A DNA stretch of 64,000 bases from Mobula hypostoma (Eukaryota), in NCBI RefSeq assembly GCF_963921235.1, contig NC_086097.1:56918001-56982000 (forward strand), written 5' to 3'. Below are positions 42,013-53,998 of the stretch, one piece after another. The translations under genes and the position numbers were made by a program. The first letter of the stretch is position 1, and the number at the start of each line of letters is the position of its first letter. Under the pieces are notes generated by a model that had not been told where the DNA came from, made no database searches, and saw only the letters and a program-made list of their open reading frames with translations.

Positions 42013-44199
42013 TCGTTCCTTGATACTGTTTCCAATCAAAAGCTTTTCTGACATCAGCACCAGAAAGGACAAGAGTTTATAGTATGGAGTAATGTGGTCT
42101 TGGAGGAATCCAAATGGGGTGCTTGTGACCAGATAAATGAATGCTGTCTGATAGGTTGTCATGACACTTTCTAGTACTGCTCTGGAAATTGCAAGTGGCA
42201 AAAAAAGTGGTAGTTACCAAATGTAGGCAAAGCACACCCAATCATAGTTTTATTTTGTTGGGCTCCTACCCTGGAGAAATCTGATGAGGTGCAAATGACT
42301 CCAGCATGTGTTCATCAAGACAACCAGAACCTTGTATAACACACAATTAAATCAAGACCACCTTCGCAGACAATGGCAGTTTCTGAAGAGCGACGACTGA
42401 GATGAGCTATCAGTTCTGCACTTTCAATATATACCATGTGCTCATCATTCCTTCAGAGTCCAATGTTCCTAACTTTCCCAGATGTTTCACCAGCTATGCA
42501 GTGCAAATAACACCCCAGCAGCTCAATATAGTTCAGACAAGCCATAATTCCATTTTCAATTCATTTACTTGCTTAAAAAAAAACTTTAAAAACTTGAAAC
42601 CTGACTAAAGATTTTCTTACACAGAACATCAAGGACTGTCCAATACATTTTCACTTTTCAGTCACATTTAGAATGGGATTTTACAAATCAATCTGCACAT
42701 ATCAAGGCCCTACAATCAGCCATGTGATAATGACTAATTAACCCTCTTTTTGTGATGTTGATTGAAGAACCTGTTTTGGATCCAGGGAAAGTTGAGATAT
42801 TCATTAAGCATTATTCATTATTCATGCAATTCTGACAAAATGGATAAGAGTATTGTAGATTTCTGTCTTTTTCACAACTACGAAATATAGTGAACTATGA
42901 CATTTGGTTGAAACTTAGTCTACCACTAATGTTTATCAGTATGAAGACGAAAGGGACAACAGTAAGTCAGTTCCATACTTCACATTTGGCAAAACTATCT
43001 GGCAACAGCTCTCCTCTAGGAAAATATCATACATATGTACATTTAAATACTTGCATGTTCTTTCAGCTTCAGATTTTAAACAAGGTCTAGGCTTACAGAT
43101 TGGAAGTTACTCTTTTGTAACTAGAATTCCACTAAAACCAAAGTACTCTATGTACGATATAGTACTATCACAAAACAAAACCCCAGGACCTCTCACCGAA
43201 GAGAAACTGGCCTGGCAAGTAGAAGGTACAATTTAAAATAGTCTAGGCTCAGTTGGGCAGAATGTTTTACTTCAGTCTAATACAATTACTTCCTGCCACT
43301 AAAATTTGACAAATTTACATTATCCTTCACATGCAGCATAGCTTAACAAGCAAAACATTTAGGACTAGGTTAACATTTAGAAGAAATTGTTTCCCAGATA
43401 CTTAAGTACTTTTTCAATATAAAATTTATATTTAACCACATGACAATTAACCATGTGAACGGAGAGAATTCCAGATTTATTGGCATGATGGTGTCAAGGG
43501 TATACAGTTTCTTTCTTAGCCTATCTAGAGATAGCAGCTTTTGCTGTATCAGAATAACACTAGTCCTAATCCTGTACTGTGTACATATTGTATAATGAGT
43601 TGATTAGTCAGGCACCACGACTTCTGTATGCAACATTGCATGCATTTGAGCAGGACATAAAAAAATCTATAGCATTCAATCGATGGATATGAGGCAAATT
43701 CTCACTGGGATTAGACAGTTATTCTTCAACCACCATAACAAAAACAGAATTCTTTCATTGTTTAATTTATTAGTGTCTAGGAACTTTCTGTACAAGAGTA
43801 GACTGCAAGGTTTCCTATTATATTACGGGTGACTAATGTTAAGAATAATTGACTGACTTTAAAACGCAGCTAAAATATTCAGAGATGAAGACAGAATTTG
43901 CTTGTTTCTGGCTGGAAGGTAAAAATTCTTTCCAACTTTCCCCAGTAGACCTGCTGCAAACTCCAGTGAAATAAAAGCTTAGGCTGTTTTCTTTCCTTTT
44001 TAATTTGCGTAGTGCAAGTACATGAATATCGTCCCAGTTAGGAGAGAAACAAATACCTTAAATGAAGAAACACGTTGATAGAAATACTAGTATTGATCTG
44101 AAACGCTAACCTGTTTATCTTCCCGTATGATACGAGCCGCCCTGCTGAGCACTTGCAGTATTTTCCCCAGTTTTGTTTTTTAGCAATGCTTTCCTCGCT

Positions 44200-45700
44200 T
44201 GAAGTGAGATTGTGGCCCGTTTCATTCCGGGCAGGTTTCTGCAGCGACCGGCCGTAGTAACAACTCTGCCCGGCTGACAGCCGCGAGCCGCGAGCCCCGG
44301 CCCCGGCCCCGGCCCGTGCCGCGTGCACACTATTTACAGCGGCAGCTGTTTCCGGGTACGTAACAGCTCAATGACGCATCAACAGCTCCAGACGCCATTG
44401 AACCCAACCAACTCCCCAATGACGAGAACAGAAATAGCCTTCGTTTGACCTTTTATATTTACATCTCGCAAGCTTTTTCACTCTCCATCACAATCCTAAA
44501 ACTTACTTTAGGCAGTATCCTTGCGTCCTGGATGGTAAAACAGCAGGCAGCGCGACGACGAGCAGCTAAAAGCCGAGAATTTCCTGACCCACCTCATCCT
44601 CCGCGCGCTCGCTACCTCTTCGACAGAACCTCAAACAGCAAAAATCGCCACCAAGATGGCGCCGAAGCGCCTCTCCCCTCTGCGCTTGCGTACGGCTTGA
44701 GCGCCGTCTCTGACTGGGGAACATGCGCAGAAGGAGGGGAATGCGCTGCACCCTGGGCCCGAGCCGCCGCTCGGACCCGTTTCCATGTGACCGTGCAGCC
44801 AATTAGTGAGCTGTGCGGTCGCCTTGCTCAACATTCAGCCAATAGGAGATCGAGAAGGGCAGGCTCGCTCAACAGCTTGTTATTTCGGTTTTCGCTGGGA
44901 CCTAGGGAAGTGGACGTTAGCGGTGGACGTGTGTGAGTATGTAGCTCCCCGATCTCCCTTTTAGCCCTTACTTCTGTAGTATTAGAGCATAAACAAAACT
45001 CCAGCTATTAGATTTCGCGTTGTGGGTGGGGGTTTGGTTCTCGGTTCCGGAGCTGAGGTGAATTGACTAGAGCCCTTTCCCCCTTCTCTCGGTTTAAAGT
45101 GAACGTAGGTGGGCATTGAATGGCAGTCAGCTCCGACTTCTCGTACTCGCCTGTTCACGCATTTTCTTGCTCCCCTTAGACCTGCAGTTCAATTGAAAAC
45201 CACGGTTTTATTCTGTTGGGACATTAGAAAGGTGACTTGTACGTTTGCGGAGGTTCCTTGATTTTATTTTATTTATGTGTGAAACCTCGATCGTCGCGAT
45301 TTTTGTTAAAGCGCCTTTATACGTGAGGGGGGACGGGCTTGAAAGGCGGTCCGAGGTAGCAATCCTCTTTTTAACTTCGCCACTGTTTCCCATCGACCTG
45401 TTTTAAAGTACTGGCCTCACTTGCTCTTCCCCAGATGGTACGCTTCTATAATCGCTTCGAACGAAAAGTGGCGCAAAATGAGCGATTTCTGTTCGGAGGG
45501 AGGGTGCTGGAGGGGGAGGGCGCGTTTCGTTGTCGATCTATGAGCGGAGAAGGCGACTGATTTGCCGGGACACCTCCATAATTGTACTACAGGATCTGAG
45601 CTTGTTGAACTGACATGGTGCAGAAAGCGAGAGAGCAATGGCGACGTGACACAGGATGGAGGAGCAAGCGGGAAGGGGCAGTTAAATTGTCCTCTAAGTC
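44200..45700. promoter_or_regulatory. CpG-island promoter, probably of ARID4A and probably bidirectional
   Basis: Sharp CpG/GC enrichment in an AT-rich window. YY1-like CAAGATGGCG 44652-44661, NRF1-like TGCGCTTGCG 44681-44690, CCAAT boxes at 44799 and 44839, + strand donor GTGAGT at 44933. Confidence 0.85.
44860..44932 (+). other. Putative non-coding first exon (5' boundary uncertain)
   Basis: Lies downstream of twin CCAAT boxes and ends at a GTGAGT donor (44933-44938). Confidence 0.4.
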
Positions 45701-45931
45701 CACTCTCCTTTTTAATTGTATCTTCATTGATCTATAATTAGATTGTAAAATAATTTCAAGGATGTGAACTTCATAGCTTCGCCTTCTTGAGACGAGTAGT
45801 GGAGGTCGAGGTGAGCGGGGGATGGGGAGGGCAAAATGTTATTTACATTAGAACCTTGTTCATGTACTTTTAGTTTTTGTAGATTTATTCGTACTGAACG
45901 AGTTAAGATCATATCCTTGTCTTAACTGCAG

Positions 45932-45986
45932 TGATCACCACTTCGAGCTGGAACGACCCAAGTGAACAGGACACCCGAAAATGAAG
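45932..45986 (+). CDS. ARID4A: Putative ARID4A start-codon exon: 5' UTR plus ATG AAG (Met-Lys) at 45981-45986
   Basis: Acceptor cttaactgcag|, Kozak-like gaaaATG, donor AAG|GCAAGT. ARID4A follows PSMA3 in vertebrate synteny and ARID4 proteins begin MK|A. Only 2 codons are visible, so the identity is inferred. Confidence 0.6.
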
Positions 45987-47234
45987 GCAAGTTGTTTGCA
46001 TTGACTCCATTACTTGTTGACTGTTTCATTTTTGACGAACGGATATATGTTGACCATTTTTGTCCAGAGTATAATGTTAGAATGTCTTACGGTGATTAAT
46101 ATTCTTTATTTTACATTTAGCCGTAGGATGGACCAAATTGTACTAACATTAGGGCAAATGTTTGAGCTTTGTCAAAGATTTCAAAATGAATATTGATCAT
46201 ACCCAATAACAGACCAACTCAAGTACACTTAGTGAAACTTACAAAAGCATCTCAGAACATGAAAGAAAATCTAATAAACTTAGATAAAGTGAAAGAGGAA
46301 AAGGTAAGAGAAGAATTGAGAAATTTTGTTGAGAATCTTTCAAGTTTATTCGTAAATTGGGAACTTCTGGTGTCTTTTAAACTATCTTGTCATGTCTCTG
46401 GAAAGAACTTACTCTATTTTTAATTTTTTTCCTAATTTGCGTTTGCAAAGTAACAATTGAACAGGTAACTATGAATCCAAATGCTTTCCACTCACCTAAA
46501 AGTAATTTTGAACTGACCATTTGCCTTGTTCTTTGGATTTGGATTTTTGTTTTGCCAAGTTTAAAGTTGATGGTGGTGTCATTCAGAATTGTTATAATGG
46601 AAGATCATTGACTTGAAATGTTAACCATGTTTCTCTTTCCACAGGTGCTGCCTAACTTGCTAAGTATTTCAAGAATTCTTGTCTTATACAGTTTAGTAGC
46701 AGTGTTTATGGGATAAATATTGATCAGCACGCAGGGTGAATGTATGTGCTCTTCCTTTAATAATTGAACTTTCTACATTTCCCAGGAAGATGTCTCCTTG
46801 ATTTAACATGTTATATAAAAAGGAAGCTTTTACTTTGGAAGATAGAAGAAATTGACTTTGAACTATGAATGCTTTATTTATTTCTACTCAATCTTCTTGT
46901 TATCTGTGGATCAGTCTGGTACTGTTATCACTAGGTCAGAGGATTTGTTTTCAACCTCTATTCTTAGCATTCAGCTACTTGGTGCCATATTGGATGAGTT
47001 ATTGCTGAGATGCTGTCTTGTAGTTAAATAAACCACCTTCTCAGATCATAGAACACTCCTCAAAGCAAGGTCAATATTCTGTCAGTTATCTCTCATTGTT
47101 ACAGAAACAGATTCTCTTGCAATGTTGTTTGTAGATCCCTCTATTTACAACATGACAATGTTTCCTACACTGATTGTATGTCTTGGTTAAAAACTCTTTG
47201 TGGTGGTCACTAGAAAAGGTGCAAGATTTTTGGG

Positions 47235-47790
47235 ATTGGAATAGTTTCATTACTGTCACATGTACCAAGATACAGTGAAAAGCTTGACTTGCATGCTGTT
47301 AATACAGATCAATACATTACACCCTGCATTGAGGTAGAACAAGGTAAAACAATGCATAATAAGGTGTAACAGCTACAGGAAAAGTGAAGTGCAAGAAAGC
47401 AATAAGTTACAGGATCATAACAAGGTAAATTGTGAGATCAAGAATCTTTTTTATCATAGTAGAGAGCCATTTAATAGTTTATAATAGTGAGGTAAAAGCT
47501 GAGCTTAAGCCTGGTGGTGCATCCTTTCTATGCTGGAAGGAGGAGAAGAGAAAGTGTCCAGAGTGGGTGGGGTCTTTGACTATGCTGGTTGCTTTGCTGA
47601 GGCATCAAGAAATATAGACATGAGGGAGGTTGGACTCCGTGATGTGCTGAACTGTGTCCACAACTCTGCATTTTCTGGTGATCGTGTGCAGAACAGTTGC
47701 CATACCGAGCTGTTAAGTATCCAGATAGTTGCTCTCTATCGTGCATCAATTAAAAATTGGTAAGGGTTGATAAGGACATGCTAAATTTAA
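47235..47790 (-). mobile_element. Rex/Babar-like LINE 3' fragment
   Basis: LSGYLTARYGNCSAHDHQK; tail shared with other copies. Confidence 0.7.
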
Positions 47791-49436
47791 TTGGCAAATG
47801 TAATTGAATTTTCTGGCCCGAGTGTATGGTTACTATTAAGTATTTTGCAGCTGCTAGGGTGATACAAGTAAATATTCTTGCTACCTTTGGACCTCAAGAT
47901 TGGATTGCTACCAAATTTGACAGGTGATATTTTTCACAGAAAACTCTATTCCTTTTTTAGAATTATGATGGAATTTCATTGAAGCTAACTGTATCTTTCA
48001 GATTTTACCTAATTGTCATCAGCTCATGGGAAGTCCTTTTCTGTTTAATTTAAGCTCTTAGTCATTTGGTATTTTTATTATAAAAAGAATGAATGATATA
48101 TTTCATATAATTAGATAATGTAGCCCAGCTGTCAAAATGCAGTTTCATTTGGCTTGTGCTCATTTTGTTTCAAGGAAGCCCAAATTGTAGTAGTAACAAT
48201 TCACTTTGTCTTTGTTTACAAGTATAATTAGTTGTGTCTGAGGCACTGATTTATGACAATAGATAGATGAGTTTGAGGTTTATTATTGAAAAGTTTATTA
48301 TTTAGAAATGGAATGATGGGAAGTCTTATCTATGGAAGCTTTTGTGCTGTTTTTGGAATTAAAAGTTTGTGAACTATCTTGCAAGAGGAGGATAAAGTAA
48401 AATTATCGGGCTGGATATATGTCAGAAAGTGTGGCATAAATGCAAACTTAACATTCCCTGGAAAATTTACTTAATCATTAATTTCCTTCCATTAGAAACA
48501 GACTCCCTCATGATGTTAAATGAAATATTTTGGTTTTAAACAGTAGATTGGTAATTGTGTTAAAATTAATATGGAAAATAGGTTTGTTTTGTTGCCATGA
48601 AGACCACAGACATAAACATAAGAAATTCTGCAGATGCTGGAAATCAAGAGCAACACACGCAAAATTTGCTGAGTTCTACCAGCATTTTGTGTGTGATGCC
48701 CCACTCACATCACACAGCTTTAGTTTAAAAACCACCTTCAGAAATCCACAAGTTGATTTGGTAGATAATCCCAGGTTACCCAGGTACGGTTAACTCTGGG
48801 GTTAGTGCCGCAGTGATAGTTCTTAATAGAATATTTGGACACCAAGTTACTTCTAAGTAAGTCTGTTTTTGCATAAGGTAGAACAGTTGCAATGAATTAG
48901 AATATAAAAGTTAAGATAACAAGTGCTGATAATGTATAATGGGGGGGGGGGGAAGAATTTTAGGTCTTTGTCGTAAATCCAGTTGACAGATCTGAGTTTA
49001 ATTGGTATTTTATCAATTTCTGCATGAGATAGAATCTGATGAAACAGTCAGAAAAAAAACAAAAGGAGACATTTGTTTTGTTTAAAAATAACATTTTGCC
49101 AACATCGTAAAGGCAACACTTCTGTCATATTTGCAAAAGCCATGCCATTGACTTAAACTATATCAAGTCTGTGTTCCTCCACACGTGCTTTAAGACAACA
49201 TTTCCAGAATTTCTGTGCTTATTTCTTATGTCATAATTGTTCCTGGATCTCTATAGTTTGAGGACATTGTGAAATGTTGTCCAGTTTTCAGCACTAACAA
49301 AAGCAACTTCTGTTGAGATCTGTACATTTGAGTAGAGTGATTTATTTTATTTTAGGACCTATTTTCTGTTGCTTTTCTCAAAAGATGATTGACCCTTTTA
49401 TCTCATGTAACAATTAAACAACTTGTTGGATTAACG

Positions 49437-49555
49437 GGGTGCCTGGGGTGTCTAGGGAGGGGTAGCACCTCTGGTGGGGGGCCTGCCGTGCCCTTTTTCA
49501 GGAGAAAAATTGTCCGCCAACTGGAATTTCCAGATGCAACCTAAGACGAGCGAGC
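49437..49555. mobile_element. 119-bp GC-rich insertion with 10-bp TSD (unclassified, possibly RTE-derived)
   Basis: tggattaacg at 49427-49436 and 49556-49565. Confidence 0.65.
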
Positions 49556-49819
49556 TGGATTAACGATCTATAATAAAAATAATTTGATATGATTAGAATA
49601 TCTCATGTTATTATGAACATGCATTGAGGTTCTAAAATAATTTCTGTGCTTTAACCTCCAGTAAATTACTTCAGATTTTTTATTTGAGTTTCTGGTAAAG
49701 TGCATGGCAGATCCCAGTGAAGGAGCTGAGAATTTGTTTGGAAATACCTTGGGTGGCTGCTAGAAAATTACAAACATCTTTGAGAGTGCAGTTGTTCAGA
49801 TTTGTTCAATAATTAATAG

Positions 49820-50990
49820 AAGATAGAACGGTATAGCAAAGAACAGGCCCTTCAGCCCACAATATTATGTAGAACAAATTAAATTAGAACTCAGATGCCC
49901 AACTAAACTAATCACTCTGCCCACACAATGTCCATATCATTCCATTTCCTGCACATTTATCTGCCTGTCCAAGGGCCTCTTGACTGCCTTTGTTGTATTT
50001 GCTTCCATCAGCACCCGTGGCAGTGCATTCTCTGTGTAAAAGAAAGCTTGCCCCAAACATCTTCTTTGAACTTGTCCCTTCTCACTTTAAATGCAAACAA
50101 AATATTCTGCAGATGCTGCGGTCAAAGCAACACGCACAGCATGCTAGAGGAACTCAGCAGGTTGGGCAGCATCCATGGAAACGAACAGTCAACGTTTTGG
50201 GCCGAGACCCCATCTGCAATTTCTCCACCCATATGTACCACGGCACCAGCATTCTTCATGCCATCTGCAAACTTACCAACTCATTCATCTTCCTAATAGC
50301 TTTGTATACAATTGTAAAACATTTGTCCTGATTAAGGGTCTCAGCTCGAAACATTGACTGTTCATTTCCACAGATGCTGCCCAACCTGCTGAGTTCCTCC
50401 AGCGTGTTGTGCGTGTCACCTTAAATGCAAGCTCTCTGGTAATAGACATTTCAACTATGGGAAAAAAAATACTGTACTATATGGCTCTTATGATCTTATA
50501 AATCTCTACCAGATCTCCCTTCAACCTCCGTTGCTCCAGAGAAGGTCTTTCTTGCCTCTCCTGATAGCACATGCTTCCAATCCAGGTAGCATCCTGTTAA
50601 ACACCTCTCCAAAGCCCTAACATCCTTCCTATAATGGGACAACCAGAACTGAATGCAATACTCCAGATGTGGCATCAATAGAGTTTTTATAAAGTTGCAG
50701 TGTTACTTCCTGACTCTTGAACTCAATTCATTGACTAAAGGTAAGCATTACAATACACCTTTACCACCCTAACCAAATTTCAGGGAGCTATGGACTTGGA
50801 TCACAATATCCCTCTGCACCCCAGCACTGTTAAGAGTCTTGCCATAAGCAGTGTACTGTCCCATTACATTTGATCTGCCAAAGTGCTAATGTCCTATTAG
50901 ATCAGGTTAAACCCCATCTGCAGTTTCTCCACCCATATGTACCACAGCACCAACATTCTTCATGCTGTCTGCAAACTTACCAACTCCTAG
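49820..50990 (-). mobile_element. CR1 3' fragment hosting a composite Penelope-type insertion (50097-50415)
   Basis: PHLEYCIQFWLSHYRKDV; the element is split at tcac(t/c)ttaaatgcaa. Confidence 0.8.
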
Positions 50991-51859
50991 TAGCTTTGTA
51001 TACAATTGTAAAACATTTTTCTTTTATAGTTATATGCGACAATGATGGCTCAGTGATTTGCAGCTGAACTATGGCCAAGGTATTTGCCCAAAGACAGAAG
51101 GAAGAGATTCTAAGAACTGAAATGCAGCCCATTGAGTTCTGTACTTAAAAAGTATTTGACATAATAAATTCTCGAGCTGTTTGATGTAAATGCATATATT
51201 GACATAGTTTGTTATAGGCATAAGTCAACTTTTTGTTTTAGAAGGATTAAGTAACAAGTTAAGTCCTAAATTCAGGCATAACGATTCTCAGAAAACTGGA
51301 ATAGAAACAATCTTTGGTAACAAATTATTAGTATGATTAAAACATTCATGGCTACAATCATAAAAGGTAATTTTGAGATGAGTTACTTGAAAGGTACTAT
51401 CACTAGACCATGATAGGTTGAAGGTTTTGCCTCTGTACTGCAGAACCTTACATGTTTAAAACTGTTCACTGTATTATTTTTGAAGGGGAAGTTAAATATT
51501 CACATAAGCTGTGAATGTTTTGAAAATCAGTACTGTTGATAGCTGAAGGACAAATTTTAGGGATAATTTAAGTATTTTTCTTAACTTGAAGTTTTTTTCT
51601 CCCCACAACTGACATTGCATTGGGAAAGTGGGCCAACCTGAACATGCACGTTTTCCAGTTTAAATACATAACTTAATTTTCACTAGCTCAAGTAAACATT
51701 AATGTGCAATTATTGCTATCAGTGTAGTGATCTGTTAAGACCATCTTAGCCAGTTTTAACCCCAGTTTTAAAAGTCATTCTCTGATGCATGGAAATGGTC
51801 ATTTTATTCATGCTCAAATGTTGTTAGATCTCTCCAGAATATATAAGAAAAAGCAATAC

Positions 51860-52570
51860 AAACAAAATACTAGATAAACAGGTGGGGGTGAGGGGAAGGA
51901 AGATAGCTAGACGGTGATAGGTGAAGCCTGGTAGGTGAGAAAGGTAGAGCTGGAGAGGAAGGAACCTGATAGAAGAGTGTACCATAGGAAAGGGGAAAAA
52001 GGAGGGGCACCATGGGGAGATGATAGGCAGATGAGAAGAGGTAAGAGGCCAGAGTGGGGAAAAGAAGAAGAGCAAAGATGGAGGGAAAGAAATTTTACTG
52101 GAAGGAGAAATCAATGTTCATTCTATCAGGTTGAAGGCTACCCAGACAGAATATGAGGTGTTGCTCTTCCACACTGAGAGTGGCCTCATTGCACAAGGGG
52201 CCATGAACCGACATGTCAGAATAGGAATGGAAATTAAAATGGTTGGCCACTGGGAAATTCTGCTTTTGGTGTAAGTGCTTGACAAAGTGGTCACCCAGTT
52301 TATAATGGATCTCACTAACGTAGAGGAGGCTGCACCAGGGGCATTTGATGCAATTGATAACCCCAACAGATTTGCATGTGAAGTGTTGCCTCACCCCACC
52401 TTATCCCTTCCTGGAAAGGGGTCTTCCCCCTTCCTTTCCCTTCCTGGAAAGGGGTCTCAGATGAAAAGTTGACTTTATTCGTTCCCACTGATGCTTCCTG
52501 ACCTGTTGAGTTCCTCCAGCATTTTGTTTATGGTGCTTTTGGTTTCCAGCATCTGCAGGATTTCTTGTGT
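51860..52570 (-). mobile_element. Penelope-like GIY-YIG fragment (-) joined to an inverted terminal repeat (+, ~52440-52570)
   Basis: ORF 52095-52394: HFTCKSVGVINCIKCPWCSLLYVSE...LGDHFVKHL...PVANHFN. Confidence 0.85.
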
Positions 52571-53284
52571 TTATGTAAGAAAAACCTTTGTTATGATTTA
52601 TCTGATTTTTTTTTTGTTCCCATACTTGTAGTATTTCCTGCACAGTAATAATAGAAAGATTTAATGCAGCATTTTAAGGCTACTGATATGTGTGTGATGA
52701 ATATCATTGGCTCACTATATTCTTACATGCACATTAATTAAACTTCAGGAGTATAGTCAAAACATATATAAATATTTGTTGTTCAGATTTGTGGTTCAAT
52801 GTTTAGCTACAGTAGTTCACAGTCCTTTGGTATAGCCTGCTTCTTGGTTTATTTTATAGTGTAATAAGCTTTTAAGATGTACTGCAATTGATGTTTTTTA
52901 AAAAATTTCAACCCTTTCCATTTGCTTGAAGCTATTATTTTGATAAATGTTTTTATAAAATTGCAGCTTACATGAAATTCAGATTTGGTGGCTTAGAGTT
53001 GCAGGGTGAATAAACTGGCAGAGAGAGATTATGTAGTAAGTGAATGCAGATGTATCAAAATCTGAAGGATAAGTTTTGTACATAACTGTTTGAATATGTA
53101 GGTGCAATTGTGTGAAAATTATATGATAAGCTTCAGAAGTGCTAATATTACAACAGAATCTAATTAGAGATCCTTAGTTTGGGCATGCAACTGTAAATTT
53201 GGAACTTAATTGTTTATTAAAAATGTGTATTTTTTCATTGTCAAGGCATGCATTATCGTGTTCTGGGCTAGCTAAAGGTAAACC

Positions 53285-53615
53285 ATCATCATTATCTTCA
53301 TTATGTGCTGTGTCATATGACGTGGGCGATCATGGTCCCACGACCATGCTAGTTCTTGGCATATTTTTCTACAGAAGTGGTTTGCCATTGCTTTCTTCTG
53401 GGCAATTATCAATACTCTTCAGAGCTTGTCTGCTGGCATCTGTCGTCACATAACCAGGACTTGTGATGTGCCCAGCTGCTCATACAACCATCTACCTTCT
53501 CCTCCTGCCCTATGGCTTCAGGTGACCCTGATTTTGGGGGGGGGCATGGGTGGCTAAGCAGGTGCTGCACCTTGCCCACGGGTGACTCATACCTCAGGTA
53601 GCGATGTATTTCCAC
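53285..53615 (-). mobile_element. Probable RTE-like retroelement fragment
   Basis: (cat)n tail at the left end and a GC-richer body; family assignment is tentative. Confidence 0.45.
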
Positions 53616-53998
53616 CCGCCACCCAAAGGCAAACCAATTTTTTCATTCCTCCATTATTAGGCATCTTAATCTTTCTCTGTCCCTTCTACTAAATAAAGTT
53701 CAGAATTTGAATAAGGTTTATTATTGCTGACATATGTCATGAAATTTGTTGTATTTTGGGCAGAAGTAGAGAGAAAAACATAAATAATTGCTATTAAGTT
53801 ACAATATAAATATAAATAAAGTGAAAGAGGAGTAGTGAGGTTGTGTTCATGGGTTCATTGACCATTCAGATATCTGATGGCGGAGGGGAAGGAACTGTTC
53901 CTAACATGTTGAGTATGGATCTATAAGCAGAGGGTCTCCCCCGGGTGGTGAATATCCTTAATGATGGAAGCTGCCTTCTTGCTGCACTGTCTTTTGAA

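Noticed and set aside
40150..42500. Possible hidden coding exons on either side of the Rex-like fragment
   Set aside because: No coherent spliced frame; looks like very old LINE debris.
44330..44398. Minus-strand 22-aa ORF MASGAVDASLSCYVPGNSCRCK with a fair Kozak context
   Set aside because: Too short to support; the ATGGCG is equally explained as a YY1-type motif.
44445..44936. 163-aa ORF and other ORFs across the CpG island
   Set aside because: Non-ATG start, no recognisable domain; long ORFs are expected by chance in GC-rich promoter DNA.
48610..48695. Pre-miRNA-like foldback
   Set aside because: Explained by a collapsed inverted pair of the Penelope-derived repeat.
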